A stretch of DNA of 63,992 bases, filler included, from Choristocarpus tenellus KU-1152 (Eukaryota; Protista; Phaeophyceae), in NCBI GenBank assembly GCA_964200185.2. It is 9 parts of 9 records of this genome, joined end to end, with 100 filler letters (N's around TTAATTAATTAA, not from the genome) between each part and the next. Parts side by side here need not be neighbours in the genome. Positions count along the whole stretch, not along the records: positions 11,078 to 18,479 come from CAXNAD020006211.1; positions 18,580 to 28,544 come from CAXNAD020003238.1; 7 more parts are not named here. The stretch is one strand, 5' to 3'. The position numbers were made by a program, and so were the translations under genes. Each line of letters starts with the position of its first letter. The stretch's first letter is position 1. The notes under the pieces are model-generated. The model ran no database searches, was not told where the DNA came from, and saw only the letters and a list, made by a program, of their open reading frames with translations. Shown in pieces: positions 12,430 through 25,199 of this stretch.

Positions 12430-13600
12430 GTATACACTTGTCCCTGCGTAAGCACAATCTCTTGGTCGGTAGGTCTGCAACCTGATGTGTGTTTGGTACA
12501 ACTTGTACTCTATTTTTTTTTACATACGTACTCCCTGGTCCACTTGAAACATGATATCCATATATACCTATTCCTTCCATTAAGCCAAATATGGTATCCG
12601 CCTGGATGGCCCCACGGTTGTCCTTAAACCAGGTGGTAGCCGCTCGTTGCAGATTGAGCTCCCTCAAAATCCCTTGAAAAAAAAAATGAAATACCCATCC
12701 GTGTGCTATCGCAATTCAATCAGCTTCCTCCATGCTCGAAACGAGGTCGTTTGCCCTGTCTGATTCGCCATATTCAGTATGTCCTTTCTAATACATCTTT
12801 CTGCCACAGTACCCAGAGAAAACTGGAATTTCCATGGTCCACCACTACTACTCCTTTGCTATTGATTCTTGTTCTCCGGTCCCTACTTGCACCTCACCCT
12901 TCTGCTTAAGATATGCGATCATCACATTCTGACAACACACCGACTTCAGGTGGTCCTTCATGCCACCTTTGGAATACTCTCTCCAGCGAATGTACAGTCA
13001 GCTTCGCTTCGTATGTCTTAGGATACACATCGGGGTTGGTTGCTTACCCTGTCAGCCCATAGCCAGGAGAAGAGTAACATGTCTCCTCTGAGTATCTGCA
13101 GGTTTATGTATCCTGCCACATCGAGTCGGCCCCACAATCGAAATCCTTATATCAGAACCTCCATCCAAGTCCCCATGGTTATCATTTGTCATGGAGATGG
13201 TGTCTCACTCCACGGGACGTCCATAGTCCGTACGTCCAGGCCAAACATCGATTGTCCCAAAATCGACAGCTTGGTCTCTCAAGGAAGACATACAAGCCAG
13301 CAGAAGGGATGTCCACTCATTTCTCAACAATATTCCGTGCAAGGCATTTGGGTGGAACCGAGGTTTGGAGGTGCTTCACTCTGTTGATTGATCAAATGAG
13401 TAAAGCATTCAATCCCCATACTCAAAATATGGTATCGTTGAACACTTTGCCAGTTAAACGCTCGCATGGTGTCTTTCTGATTTCTCAAATTTCTCAGATC
13501 CATCTCTCTCCATGCACATCCCTGGTATGCCTTCTCAATCCATCTCGTTGAAACATAATTATCCATCATATTATATTTTACCATGTTGATACTCATCAAA
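12430..13600 (-). mobile_element. Ty1/copia RT-RNase H remnant
   Basis: LRELNLQRAATTWFKDNRGAI...VQVVPNTHQVADLPTKRL corresponds to copia RNase H (EDNQGAI...VPT..QLAD.LTK.L). An upstream ATNPDV resembles TRPDI. Frameshifted. Confidence 0.7.
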
Positions 13601-14175
13601 ACATAAGGAAGGGAATCGAAAACAGGGGAGAGACTGGATGTCGTTGATGATGTTGATTGGGAGAGGTTATCTGCATCACGTCAAAAAAATATCTAGTAAA
13701 AAGTAGACCTAACCACAGCTCAGGTCTAGGTAGGGTTGAGTTAGGTTTCTACTGTGAGACTAAAGTAATGAACAATCATTTTTGATTTGTATTTGAATAA
13801 TTGACTATTCTTTAGTTTAGCCTGTGGACTACCCGACCTGAACCTAGCGGAAATATAAATCCACTATTATTATTACTACCACCATTGTTATTTTCCCCTC
13901 TATCCTTTGGTCAGAGACACTATACACTATTGTTTCTCTTTGTCATGCTAACCACCGAAACTAATTGTTGCCTTCTGACTAATTGTGTTACTTCTCTTCA
14001 TGTGATACTTCTCGCACATTGGGTTCAACCATCGCACTGTTCATTGCTAACCTCTTCCTTCGATTTTATTCGTGCTGAACCCACCTCGGTATGAAGCATT
14101 TGACACCTCGTTTTGTGTCCCCCCCATCTTTTTGTGGTGTAGCGAAAGATACAATTGATCGTTTGATTAACTGAT

Positions 14176-14481
14176 TTGCGCCTATTCATTTGTGCAATGA
14201 TGCTCAAACTTTTGGTAGGTGTTGTGGATGGAGAACAAGGATTTCTGAACAAGGAGGCGCAGAACATTCTTGGACCTCTGGTCAGAAACGTGATACAAAA
14301 AAAGAAAAGAGCAGACGGATGTAATTACGTAGGTATGTATACGACAAAAAGCAGAGATTTTGAACACAGAATGCAACAACACAGAAAAGTTCTGAAAGAA
14401 AAGAGAAGCGACGAAAAAACATACAAATCGATAAATTCACAATTACATAAAAATGTAAGAAATAAAATAAAAAAAATGTAA
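14176..14481 (+). pseudogene. GIY-YIG endonuclease-like fragment
   Basis: GCNYVGMYTTKSRDFEHRMQQH resembles the YIG...R..EH core of GIY-YIG nucleases. The first (GIY) motif is not evident. Confidence 0.35.
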
Positions 14482-16100
14482 AAAAAATAGAGCAACACCG
14501 AGGTCCAATAGTCAAGCCTACCCCCCCCCCCAAAAGAACAAATATGGTATAAGTTCCAGCATCACGTACCATAATTATAGCCCAAGGAGGGGGGTATATC
14601 TACTCTTAGTTGTTAGAAAAATCAGAGATGAAGGCCCGTATACCCACTACCAACATATAGGTAAATATCACCACCGATACAAAGGAGAGGATATTATGCA
14701 AGGGCCAGATCCCATGTCCAACTCAAAACTCGATAGATATCATCATGTGTGTGTGGTAACCGCTGCAGCCACTTTTTTCATGTGTTGACCTATACCTGCT
14801 TTGGAACCTTTTAGTGTGTCCATGAAGTATTTGCTGCCATCCTCAACACATCTGTACCACATTTTTTTCTGGAAGTAAACCCCACTTTTCGGGTGAGATG
14901 TTGAAAATTCTCTGTCATCTTGGAGGAACCACCACCACCTTTTCTCTGGTCTTCACATTTTCCCTTTTTTGGTGTTCTAGATGCAAGTTTCCTGCAAACA
15001 TCAAGTTCTTGGGTAAGTGAGCATCGTCCTTGAAAGATACGAAACCCCCAAAGACTACAGTTTGTGCACAGTTGGCTCAACACCCTACCACCTAGACAGT
15101 ATTTTAAACATTCACTAAACAACTGTTGCGGGGACTATCCCGACCTGTAGTCAGAGTCACTACACACTGCAGTGCTTATCGTACTCCTTACCAACTATTT
15201 CAACTTACTGTGGCACTACAACTTCTTGCACTGCCTCCATCCATACCTAACTTCTCACACATTGAGTAGGATCGTCCCACGGCTTGTCACTCCTTTTCCT
15301 CCCATGAACCTTGTACTCGACCTTAATCTTGCTTGGTAATGGAGCCCTTCGACCTTGTTCTTGGTCCTTCGTTTTCGTGATATAGCGGTATATCGGATAA
15401 TATAGGTGTACAGGTGTTAATAGGTGGACGATCTGTAGTGCTGTCACGTGGAGTTTGGATAGTTGAAACCAGATTTCCACAAAAGTCTAATGTTGAGGAG
15501 GTTCTATACCTTTGAAATTCGTGGCATGCGAGGAAGAGGTTCCACTAACCATTGTGTGCCACAAGGACGTTTTCAGTGTACGACAGGGGCGGTTGATCCG
15601 TAGGTTTCGGTTACAGAGCCTAAATATGTTGATCGATTTTGATGATGGCACACATGACTTCAATGCATGATCCAACGATGATTGAATACATTGTGTAGTA
15701 GATCCTATCACGGAGACGGAACCAGCAAAATATAAACTCAGAGTCGTAGTCAAAGGTCAAAGACAATATGGAAGTCTTGGGACAAAGCTAGGTTGGAGGC
15801 AAACGAAGGCAATGGTGCAGCATAGTTGGTAGTAAAATAGTATATAGATCAATGTCTTTCACATTTACGACAACTGTTACGTTTTTTGTTTTTTTCTGAC
15901 ATGTGATTAGTTTTAATCCATCACACATCTGGAAAATGTCAGAGGGCTTAATAATACAAATACGGAAATGGGAGGAGAAAAGAAAAATAATATAAGATAT
16001 GTAGAGGAGGGAATACATCATTAAATAAAAATTGTGGTAGTACTAATACAACAATCTACCTACTGCGGTGGATAGACAACACCGTACTGCTCAAAACGAA

Positions 16101-16173
16101 TGGAGCGAGGGGGATTTGAACCCCCGATCTTTTCGGTGCAAGCGAAACGTATTAACCCCTTCACCATCGCCCC
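16101..16173 (-). tRNA. trnA-UGC: tRNA-Ala (TGC)
   Basis: GGGGCGATGGTGAAGGGGTTAATACGTTTCGCTTGCACCGAAAAGATCGGGGGTTCAAATCCCCCTCGCTCCA, 73 nt. It has the G3:U70 Ala identity pair, a TGC anticodon and a TTCAAAT T-loop. A TTTT terminator lies downstream and a TATA-like tract about 30 nt upstream. Confidence 0.93.
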
Positions 16174-16414
16174 CTTAACTGGTATGAATTCAATAGATGT
16201 ATTATATATAGTTATAATTTGTCATATAGAAATTCAAGTTCCCTGATTGGTCACTCTCCAACCTCCCGCGCCCGCGCAGTAATCGCGTATAAGTTTGGCG
16301 ACAACCCCAACATCTCCTAGACAACATTAGGAAGTTGTGTAATCCGTTGCCTCCTCCCTTACCTCAGCTCCCTCAAGTCTCAGCCTTCGCGGCTAGATAC
16401 TCTCTATCACTACG

Positions 16415-17853
16415 ATGGTGCCTGATAAGAACAGAGAGAAGAGGATGAAGAAGATGTCAAGGACATTGGGGATTGATATAAAACAGGTCGGATTTTCTGG
16501 ATCAATCAGCTTTCCACCTCGCCATCATTGTTTCCCCTCTTTACCTGATACCGACCCCTCCAATCGCTTCTATTTCTGCATAGACGACGTTGTCTGGTGA
16601 TTTCCTTTCCCTAGGTTTTAGTAGTCTCTGGCATCTGGTGTTTGGTCGGTGTAATGGTAACCGTGCCACATTTTACGGACTGGGCAGTGTGCTCTGTGCA
16701 CCTCGAAACTAACTGGGAGGATGCAGAGCCTACTGGGTTGAGATGAAGTTAGTGGAATGTTCTAGAATGTCTCTCTACACCGGTATGTGTTGGCTGCGGC
16801 TGCGATGACTTCTTCGCTGATCCGCAGTGTGGGCCACACAACTGCAACCATATTGGGCTTCCAGCCTACGGGATCAACGGGTCCATCGAATGGAGGCTGG
16901 ATGTCGGCACATCTGTCCTCCGATCTTGATTATGTCCCCATCGTACCCGGGGATAAGGGGTGTACGGTTACTGTCAGGACAAGACATGCAGAATGGCATC
17001 GTTTGACCCTAGAGGTTGATGTATTCGATTCCGTAGTAATGACTTCGAGATGCAGCTGCTGTCATACATCAACATTTATCTAGACACGGGAAACCGCCAG
17101 GCACAAGATAACCTGGCTATACCCACGACGAGGATGTATGAGTTGGAACGGTCGAAATTGCCCGCAAGCACACTACTTACAAGGTTGCACATACCGAGCC
17201 AGAGATCTGGTTTCTTATATTTGGAAATAAGTTGGCCTCAACTGTATCATGTTCACGATCGCAGCCAAATCTACGCTACAGATAGAATTAGTGGTGATCT
17301 CATCTTGCTATAATGGTGTATCGAAACCCGCGTGTCAAAGGAGAAGACAAACCCTCCTGCAAGTCGTATCAAGGACTCATCACACTCCCTATACACTGTG
17401 TCTGAAAAGGTGGCTAAGATGCTGGAGGAGCAGGAGCAGGGTCAGGCACAAGAAGGAACTCCTACTTCTGTAATCGCTGAGGAGAAGGTTACTCCCCCCA
17501 CAGAGGTGAATACATGCATCTTGTGGAGTGTTTTTGCTTCAGCTTCTAACCATCATTACATCCACCCGAAGTGTCATTTACTTGACATATCATGAAAGGC
17601 ATCGGATGTAAGGCCTGGCTTTTGCTGGAGGGTTCACATATGGGTTGAAGGCAAATTCAAGTTATTCTGTAGTCTGTATGTAGATCTAGAGTCGAGGCAA
17701 ATGTGTGATGATGTGTCAACAACTTTTCTTGCAGAGTGTACGTACATTCCGAAAAAATGGTGAAATTACCTGTTTGCTGAACCAGTTGCATCCTTTTGGA
17801 TCTTACTTGAAAAACATCTCTGTCAGCAGCTGAAGAGCAGGAGCATCTCATGA
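16415..17853 (+). pseudogene. Putative spliced pseudogene: hydrophobic N-terminus and Cys-rich region, unknown family
   Basis: Exon 16415-16486, a GT-AG intron, then exon 16615-~17505 (VLVVSGIWCLVGVMV...CVGCGCDDFFADPQCGPHNCNH...) with 6 in-frame stops. A possible last exon lies near 17827. Confidence 0.3.
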
Positions 17854-18479
17854 TTGCGTGCTGTGTTGATCTCTTCTGGATGATGGTACAGCACTAGATG
17901 TATATACTATACATGATATGCTCTTGTGATCTGCGAAGTTGAAGTTGATGTTGATGTTGGTGTTAATGTTGATTTTTTTTTTGTCAAGAAGTGAGTACAA
18001 CACCAAAGGCATTCAACAAAACGTATGTTTGACGGACTGAATTAGACTTGCATGCACAAAGAAAAAAAGAGGTGAGAGTTGTGGAATCGAAACCCAACTC
18101 AACCGTAAAAAAAGCATTACTTTGAAGTGCATATTACACATGTTGTGTTGACAGTTTCATGCGATACCTTTTTCATGAGTGTGAGTGGGCGGTTAGTTAT
18201 TCTGACCGGGAAAAGAAGTAAAATGTATTCTTTGACTCTTTTGTTATCTCAGGTCTTGATCATTTTGGTAATATGATTCTTTCCGCTCTTGTACATTAGA
18301 AGGGTGTACCATATTTTGACCGATCTGTGTCTTTATCGTTTTGGTAACTTTATTCTTTCTTCTCTTCTGCATTAAAAGGGTGTACCATATTTTGAACGAA
18401 TGGGGGGGGGGGGGGGGCTTTTTAAGGTGGAGATGGAGGTTTGGTGTGGGTCGGATGGGAGAAGGGTGGGGGGGGGAAA

Positions 18480-18579
18480 NNNNNNNNNNNNNNNNNNNNN
18501 NNNNNNNNNNNNNNNNNNNNNNNTTAATTAATTAANNNNNNNNNNNNNNNNNNNNNNNNNNNNNNNNNNNNNNNNNNNN
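18480..18579. other. Artificial contig linker
   Basis: N44-TTAATTAATTAA-N44. Confidence 0.97.
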
Positions 18580-18891
18580 CCCAGTCAATTTTGGGTCAAG
18601 CCCATCCTCAATGAAAAGCTCCATCCTCAATTTTTGAAATCGGCTGTTATATGTGGGAACATTGGGGGAGAAAGGTGAGAAAGAGGGGGGTATCCTGAAT
18701 CGAGGTAATTTGAGAAATCTTTTTCCACCCACTAACCCACCTACTTACCCTCTAAGATCTTGATTACTCACATTTGTGTGGGATAATGGGTGGGGGAAGG
18801 GATAAATAAACCCAGAACTTTGTGAGCAAAAAAATGACACAACCACGATGGCATCCACGTATTTGGGATTTCTGCACGGGAATTACATTTA

Positions 18892-19124
18892 ACAGCCGAT
18901 TTCAAAAAATGAGGATGGAGCTTTTCTTTGAGGATGGGCTTGACCCAAAATTGACTAGGATAGAGTTTCGATATGTTTTTTTTTGTATTGAAACATATTG
19001 AAACATATTGAAACATATTGAAAAATTAGGACAAAAAAAACATATCGACACTTTATCCCAGTCAATTTTGGGTCAAGCCCATCCTCAAATAAAAGCTCCA
19101 TCCTCAATTTTTGAAATCGACTGT
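18892..19124. repeat. Foldback inverted repeat (~95-bp arms), with a third arm copy at 18580-18646
   Basis: acagccgatttcaaaaaatgaggatggagc...gacccaaaattgact...cgatatgttttttt and its reverse complement. The spacer holds (gaaacatatt)x3. Confidence 0.85.
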
Positions 19125-19456
19125 GGGAACTGTCAAATAAATAATAGACATTCTGTATGGATGAGATTTTCATATTTTCTTGTATGACGACGACGCCTTC
19201 ACTGTTTTCTGAACACCAGTTTCAACCCCTGTTTTTGAATTGGACCTAAAAATATACCTCTATTTGTTTCACCACACCCCTACATCATCTCAGCTTCACG
19301 CCCATGTCGGTGCTAAAGTGTACACTTGCTTCGACTCTGAAAAAGACCCATTAGAGTTTTTACCAACGATTTGTTTGCGTTATCTTCAATTTTCCAGGCT
19401 GGTATCGGACCTTGTCCTTTGCAGTTACATCGAGTATTTGAGTTGGGAGATCTAGA

Positions 19457-22400
19457 ATGGGTAGGAAAAGAAAGGCATCCGATGGTGGGGAGGAGGTCGA
19501 GACTCAGAGAATCTCCGACCCAGGTCTGATTTCTTTGTTACGTCATGGTGATAACATTGAGGTAGGCGATGAGCTTCGTGGTTGCTTCCAAATACCCTGT
19601 CCATGATCTGTGAACACTTGATCCAAGAAAAAAGAAATCAGCCTCCCCCTTCTGTTCTGCAAAGCGACACAACCTTCATATCTAGTTCCTAGTCACCCGA
19701 ACACCAATAATCGAGGTCTCTGTGGCATTTTTGAATGCATTCCGCCCCGCCGTTTTCCCTTGCACCTGGGAAGCCGTTGCTGGAGATGTTTTCTCACGTT
19801 CCCAAGGAGATGCAGGAGGATTTGATGCTCCTGAGAAAAATGGATGCCGACTCACACCCATTGATGTCCGAGGTTCGCCACGAACACCTCGATCTCCTTG
19901 AGGGGGCAAAGGCTGCTTTCAGGCAGGCAAGTTGTAAGCGGAACTGTTGAGGTTAGACTTCGCAAGTCTCCGATTTATGTCCGTTGACTTAATGCTTGCC
20001 ACAATAGGGGCGGTTGTAGTAGTTCCACATCAGTTTCGAGATTGATTAGTGTACCATTCGCGCAAGTCAGTCTCCGATCTTCCTTGAGGAGGAGGGCTCT
20101 GCTCCATGTTCTCAAAACAAACCGAAACCTTTTTTCCTTAATGAGTCCAGAAGATGCTCTTGTGCAGTATTTCTCTTTCTTTTGCCCCACCGTTAGTTTT
20201 GCTGCAGCGCGATAGGTCGCCTCTGGCCAACCTTGTTGCAGGTGCTCTATTTTCTTCTCTCCTTTCTTCCTTCACCTTCAACAACATGACCTGACATCCT
20301 CCTTCTCTCAGGCAACCCACCCAAATCAACTTGAGGGCTTGGTGCACGATGGATTGCTCAACGCGGTACGCCAGAAACGCCAAAAAGTTGAAAGCCTGTT
20401 GTCGGAAAAGGTCGCGTTGTCTGTCGGAATCTACGATCGTTTGGACCTCTGCATAACCCGCCTTGGTGAGGACCCCAAGAACCCTAACCCTAATCCTAAT
20501 CCTATTAAATCATAATATTGGTTTCTAAAAATATTAAAAGAATATAGCCCTTAGTTGGAGTGATGTAGACCTGTGTTGTGTTTGACGGCGGCAGGGGGAT
20601 CTACGGTGTCAACAGGTTGGAGTTGTTTGAGTGAAGTATGTGCAGAATAAAGGCCAGTATCCAGTATCATTGATACTTTTTCTTCTTTTTTTACATCCCG
20701 TGTTGGTTCTGTTTTTCCGGTGCATAAACAAGAAAAAAATACTCTCCTTTCGTCCTTAACATCCCTTCCTCACCCTCCCCACCCCGTGGGGGTCATCCTG
20801 TCCCCTCACAGACAAAGAGTTGGCTCGGTTGGAAAAAGATGTTGAAATGACTCATGGTATGTCTCCCTCTGCCTTTCACGCAGCACATCACACTCTTGAG
20901 GTCAGTTGCCCACTGCAATAAAACACCCTTGGGAATGCTCCCCTCCCCCTTCGCTGCACCCCACCCCCTCTACAATGGAATATTGTTTTGTAACGATGAT
21001 ACATATTTAAAATAACTTGGATAAATATAGAAATCTGAAAATTTCAGAGTATCTCTGGGCTCTCTTCTTTTTTTTACCGACTGTGCCTTTATATTTTTTT
21101 TGTAGCAAGGGATTGCTTGAGATGGATCTTACCCTGAAGTAATGCCAATTTTTGTTCAAAAACAGAAATATGTATATATATACATATACATGTATTGATA
21201 TATTCTGGTGGAGTTATGTTGAGATTAGGCCCTTGACTGGAATTCCATTTAATGTGTCTTAGGGATTTATCTATCATCGTGAGATATTGCTTTTGTGATT
21301 TTTTTAAAATACTACTTCCTAGCAATACTATCGTAGGACATTAATCATATTGCTACTAAGTCACTGTGTTGGGTGGATGACGGACAAAACTACAACCAAA
21401 TCAATGCTGAGGATGGAACTACCTTATTGTTAAGGATTTCTGTACTGTCACAATGTCACTTTCTATTCCAATTGTACAATATTGCATTTGAGATGGGAGA
21501 AGGTGATAGAAAACTAGATTAGTATTGGTGTAAGCACTCACATCACTGTTCCACAAAAGAGAGAAAAAAAATCAATAACAGTAACCTAGAGTTAGGGCGA
21601 GGGTGTCCTTGTCAAACCATTTGCATTTTGGTAAATATGCAAGCTACCTTGAAAATTAACTAACAACTTATCTCCCTTAGCAAATGTTTGGCTTGGCCCT
21701 GTTCCTATCAAAAACACTTTATATTTGAAGGAGTTTGCACCGGATGGCCCAGAGTCATCGATTTCTGCCCAGGGGCAATGGACGGGGGCTGGTAATTCAC
21801 GGGGGAATTCCAAGAAGAGGGGAGGAACCTCCTCGTCAGCATCAACTGGGTTGTCCAGAGGTGGTGCTGGGGCAGGGGCAGCAGCGGGGACTGCATTTGC
21901 TGGGACTCAGGGGCATTCGTTGGTTCGTGGCGGGGCAGTGGAGGTTCCCATTGATCCCAATGAGCCTGTGTACTGTATCTGTCAAAGAGTGGGTTTTGGC
22001 AACATGGTGAGGTGTTTTCCTGGTGTTATGTCTGGTGTCGTTATTTCATAGACATTTTTTTGGTCATGGGGATGTGAGGATATTATTTTTTATTATTATT
22101 ATTTTTTTTTGACAGGTTGTGTCTAGTCTAGTTATGTTGTGTCTAGTGTTCGCTTGTTTGTGGCGTCTTATGTGGTCATTTCTGAGCACAGACAGCTTGT
22201 GGCGCTGTACCACTTTTATGAGATTAAGTTTAATGCTGTTACATGATACACCTTTTTAATACTATACCCCTTTGCGTCAATATATTGACTTGATCGTATT
22301 ATGAACGGAAAGGTTGGATGCGACAATGAGGACTGTGAGCATGGTGAATGGTTCCACTATGAGTGTGTTGGTCTGAAAGGAGAGGTGAGGCAGTCTACTC

Positions 22401-23766
22401 TATTATTAATATGCCAGTATGGGGGTGGGTTAGCGGGGGGGGGGGGGGGGGGAGATGTGGGTCATGCGTGGCCGGTGTAACGGGGGAAAAATCATGGGGG
22501 CCATGTTGNNNNNNNNNNGGGAGTGAGATCTGTGCACTACTAGCCAGTTGTAACTAGGTAAACATCATGGAGTCCATGTTGAGGACAAACATCATATAAT
22601 GTCTTAGGAACCTTGACTGCGCCTTCCACCTAGTTGGAAAGGTTTATTGTGGAATGCTGCTATATTGTAAGGTATTTCTGGGGTTGTGAGTGAGTTTGTT
22701 TTGTCGATATCATCTCATGGTGTAGGGCATACTTGTGCTTTTTTGGGGGGGGTGACGATACGATGGAGCCAGGCATGACTGTATTAATGGTAAGTTTGGC
22801 ATGGTTAATGAGCAGGATAGCAGTAAGAGCCGGTGCTGATAGGAAGATGTGGCAATGTCCAAGATAGCAAGTTAAATCAATTGAGAATGATCCAGCTTGA
22901 ACCATGCCTTTGTTGATCCTCTGCGAGGATATTTTGGGAAGCAAATATTGCAAAGAATCTATCATTCGATGTGTCTCCTTCTGCTCTCTCCATTGAACGC
23001 TTTGGTTGGTGCTCTCACAGGTTGTGGAAACCCTCCCTGAGTTGCCTTCAAGACTACTGTGCAAATGATTCTCTACTTCCACCTGAAAATATGCTGAGAA
23101 GAGTAATCAAACCCCCTAACCCTGAGCCTTACAACACCCCTAGACACCACTCACACCGAACTATGGACATAGATGGAACATGAAGAGCAGCCAGCCACAG
23201 AAGAGGGTTTTCTAAGGCAACTACTGTCTCACACACCCCTCCCCTCTGATCTGTGCCCTATACTGAACCTTCAGTTGGCAGAGGATTCGATCTGGTTATG
23301 CCCGGGGTGCCTGAAGGATGCAGAAGCAGCCGAAGCTCGAAAGAATAAAGTGGCAGTCTCCTTGCTGGCGCCAGTGATTCTGGAAGAGGATGGCACAGAT
23401 GGCAACAGCGGTGATGATGGTGGTGATGATGGTGGCAGTGGCAATGATGATGACAATGATAATGATGATGATATTGTTGGCCCTGGCACCAGTGGTGATG
23501 AGACTGCCGGGAATGGTGTTCTCAACTCTGGTGAGGATGACATAGCAGAGGAGGAAAGCTCTGGGGCGGTAGCCATGGCTATAGGGATTGCAAAGGCAGC
23601 TACAGGGGCGGTGCTGTCGGATGGGATGGTGGGAGAAGGAGAGGTACAAACTGGTGTTGAGGTACAAAGGGGTCTGCGAGGGGAAGGTGGAAAGGGCAAG
23701 GGGGAGCGGGATGAATCAGGGGCAGGGGGGTCTGGAAGAGGAGATTCACCGTGGGTGGTTGTCTAG
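19457..23766 (+). CDS. ING: Inhibitor of growth (ING) family PHD-finger protein, 7 exons: 19457-19561, 19774-19926, 20312-20465, 20812-20900, 21731-22006, 22313-22384, 23275-23766
   Basis: The exons splice in frame: MGRKRK...DNIE|[24 protein letters not shown]...|...[22 protein letters not shown]|KELARLE...|...[20 protein letters not shown]|[24 protein letters not shown]|[12 protein letters not shown]. Both the ING N-terminal domain and the ING PHD finger are present. Confidence 0.93.
20480..20504. repeat. Short interstitial telomere-like repeat in ING intron 3
   Basis: aaccctaaccctaatcctaatccta, i.e. (CCCTAA)n degenerating. Confidence 0.6.
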
Positions 23767-24489
23767 GAGGAAAATATTAAGTTGATTTCTTGTGTATGTA
23801 TTTGGTGTTACTGATGGGGTTTTTTTGCCAACACTGAAATGTTTCTTAATGCACACAATAAAATTGTCTCATGAACGGCTTGGGACTACTTCTAACAATA
23901 GCTTCAATCAAAAAGATGTGGTCCTGGGCTGGAACCTTCCGAATCATTGATTCTGGGAGGAATCTCTGCATCAGACAAGACCTCGATTCCATGCGAACCC
24001 TGTTAGCCAGAAATGTCTACGAACCTGGGGTGGTAATGAACAACGTGGCACAGAAATAGGGTGTGTGATTGTATGACTGGTGCGAAATAGCTACCTAAGC
24101 AACATCTATACCATGGCGGTCAGAGACCACTTGTTTACAATCAGAGGTGTATGGTGCCTACCTGGGACCCACAGATGCCATCATGCCAGTCCCTTCCTCC
24201 AAGTTAGGAGGTGGTGAAATCGCTCCAAGACCATCTGACCATCCGAGGAGATGAGAAAACCAAGCAAAAGAAAATCTAGCCCACAGTAGGGAGCTACCAA
24301 GACCCTAAGCGCTGAGGTGAATACTGAATATTCTCTCCAGTTTGAAGAGACAAGGTAGGACCTCCATGTTACAGCATACTCTGGAAGCGTACCTCCACAG
24401 GATGTATAGCTCCAATCCACAAGCCTATACATGACGATGATGCTCGTATGAGACTCCCAGGATACTCTGACAGTCAAAAGGCCCAACGA

Positions 24490-24800
24490 GGGTTAATGGA
24501 TGTCAGGTCAGCAGATGAAGTATACTTTCTGAATCAGTAGTCATTTACATCAAGAATATGGTGTCAGTCAAAACCCGAAAGTGAGACATAGGGTCACTTG
24601 TAAGCATCACCCCCTATTCTTATTTCAGTTTACATGCGTTAAAATACATCTGCAAACCGTTGCATGCATTCCTGAGTTACAGATCCTACTCTGCAACTTG
24701 TAGCAAATCGGAGTTCCTCCTTAAGGGATTCCCCACGTGTGTATACTGCTTACGGTTATAAGAGCACGGGAAGAAATACTTGCACTATTCGCCTGTAACA
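24490..24800 (+). repeat. Duplicated 5' end of the mariner-like element (copy of 25060-25370)
   Basis: aaatacatctg...ccgttgcatgcattcc...ttacagatc.tactctgcaactt...ctattcgcctgtaaca occurs twice. Confidence 0.75.
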
Positions 24801-25199
24801 TCTCTTGCTATGACAAGAAGCAGCAGTCACAACACCATGGACTGTTTTTCAATTTGCAAGCATCAGAAAGAGCTGCCTTTCTAGGTTCTCTACAAGCAGT
24901 ATCTGAGAGATCAAAAGTAAGGCTCCCCAAGGTGGATAAATACTTTTACAACAGGCTCCAAAGCTTACCTCCACGGGATGAATAGCTCCAATCCATAGGC
25001 CAATAGATGGCGCTGATGCTGGCACAGGACTCCTGGGATACTCCAACTGCCAAAAGGTCCAATGAGAATGATGAATATCAGGTCAGCAGATAAGGGTACT
25101 CTTATGGATCCATAAGCATATATATGAGAATTGGAATCAGTTAAGAGTGAGTCGTTTTGAACCTCTTATCATCATTTACCATTTTATTTCCATTTCAGT

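Noticed and set aside
12389-12667. GIYGY...MYVGS looked like GIY-YIG
   Set aside because: The flanking DNRGAI and QVADLPTK identify copia RNase H. The GIY comes from a frameshifted stretch and the YVGS runs into a MITE end.
16615-17505. Selenoprotein or alternative genetic code
   Set aside because: The stops include TAA and TAG, no SECIS was recognised, and the ING, USP and histone-fold exons use the standard code.
20468-20482. 15-mer gaggaccccaagaac shared with 61534-61548
   Set aside because: A single 15-mer match is expected by chance in 64 kb, and the flanks are unrelated.
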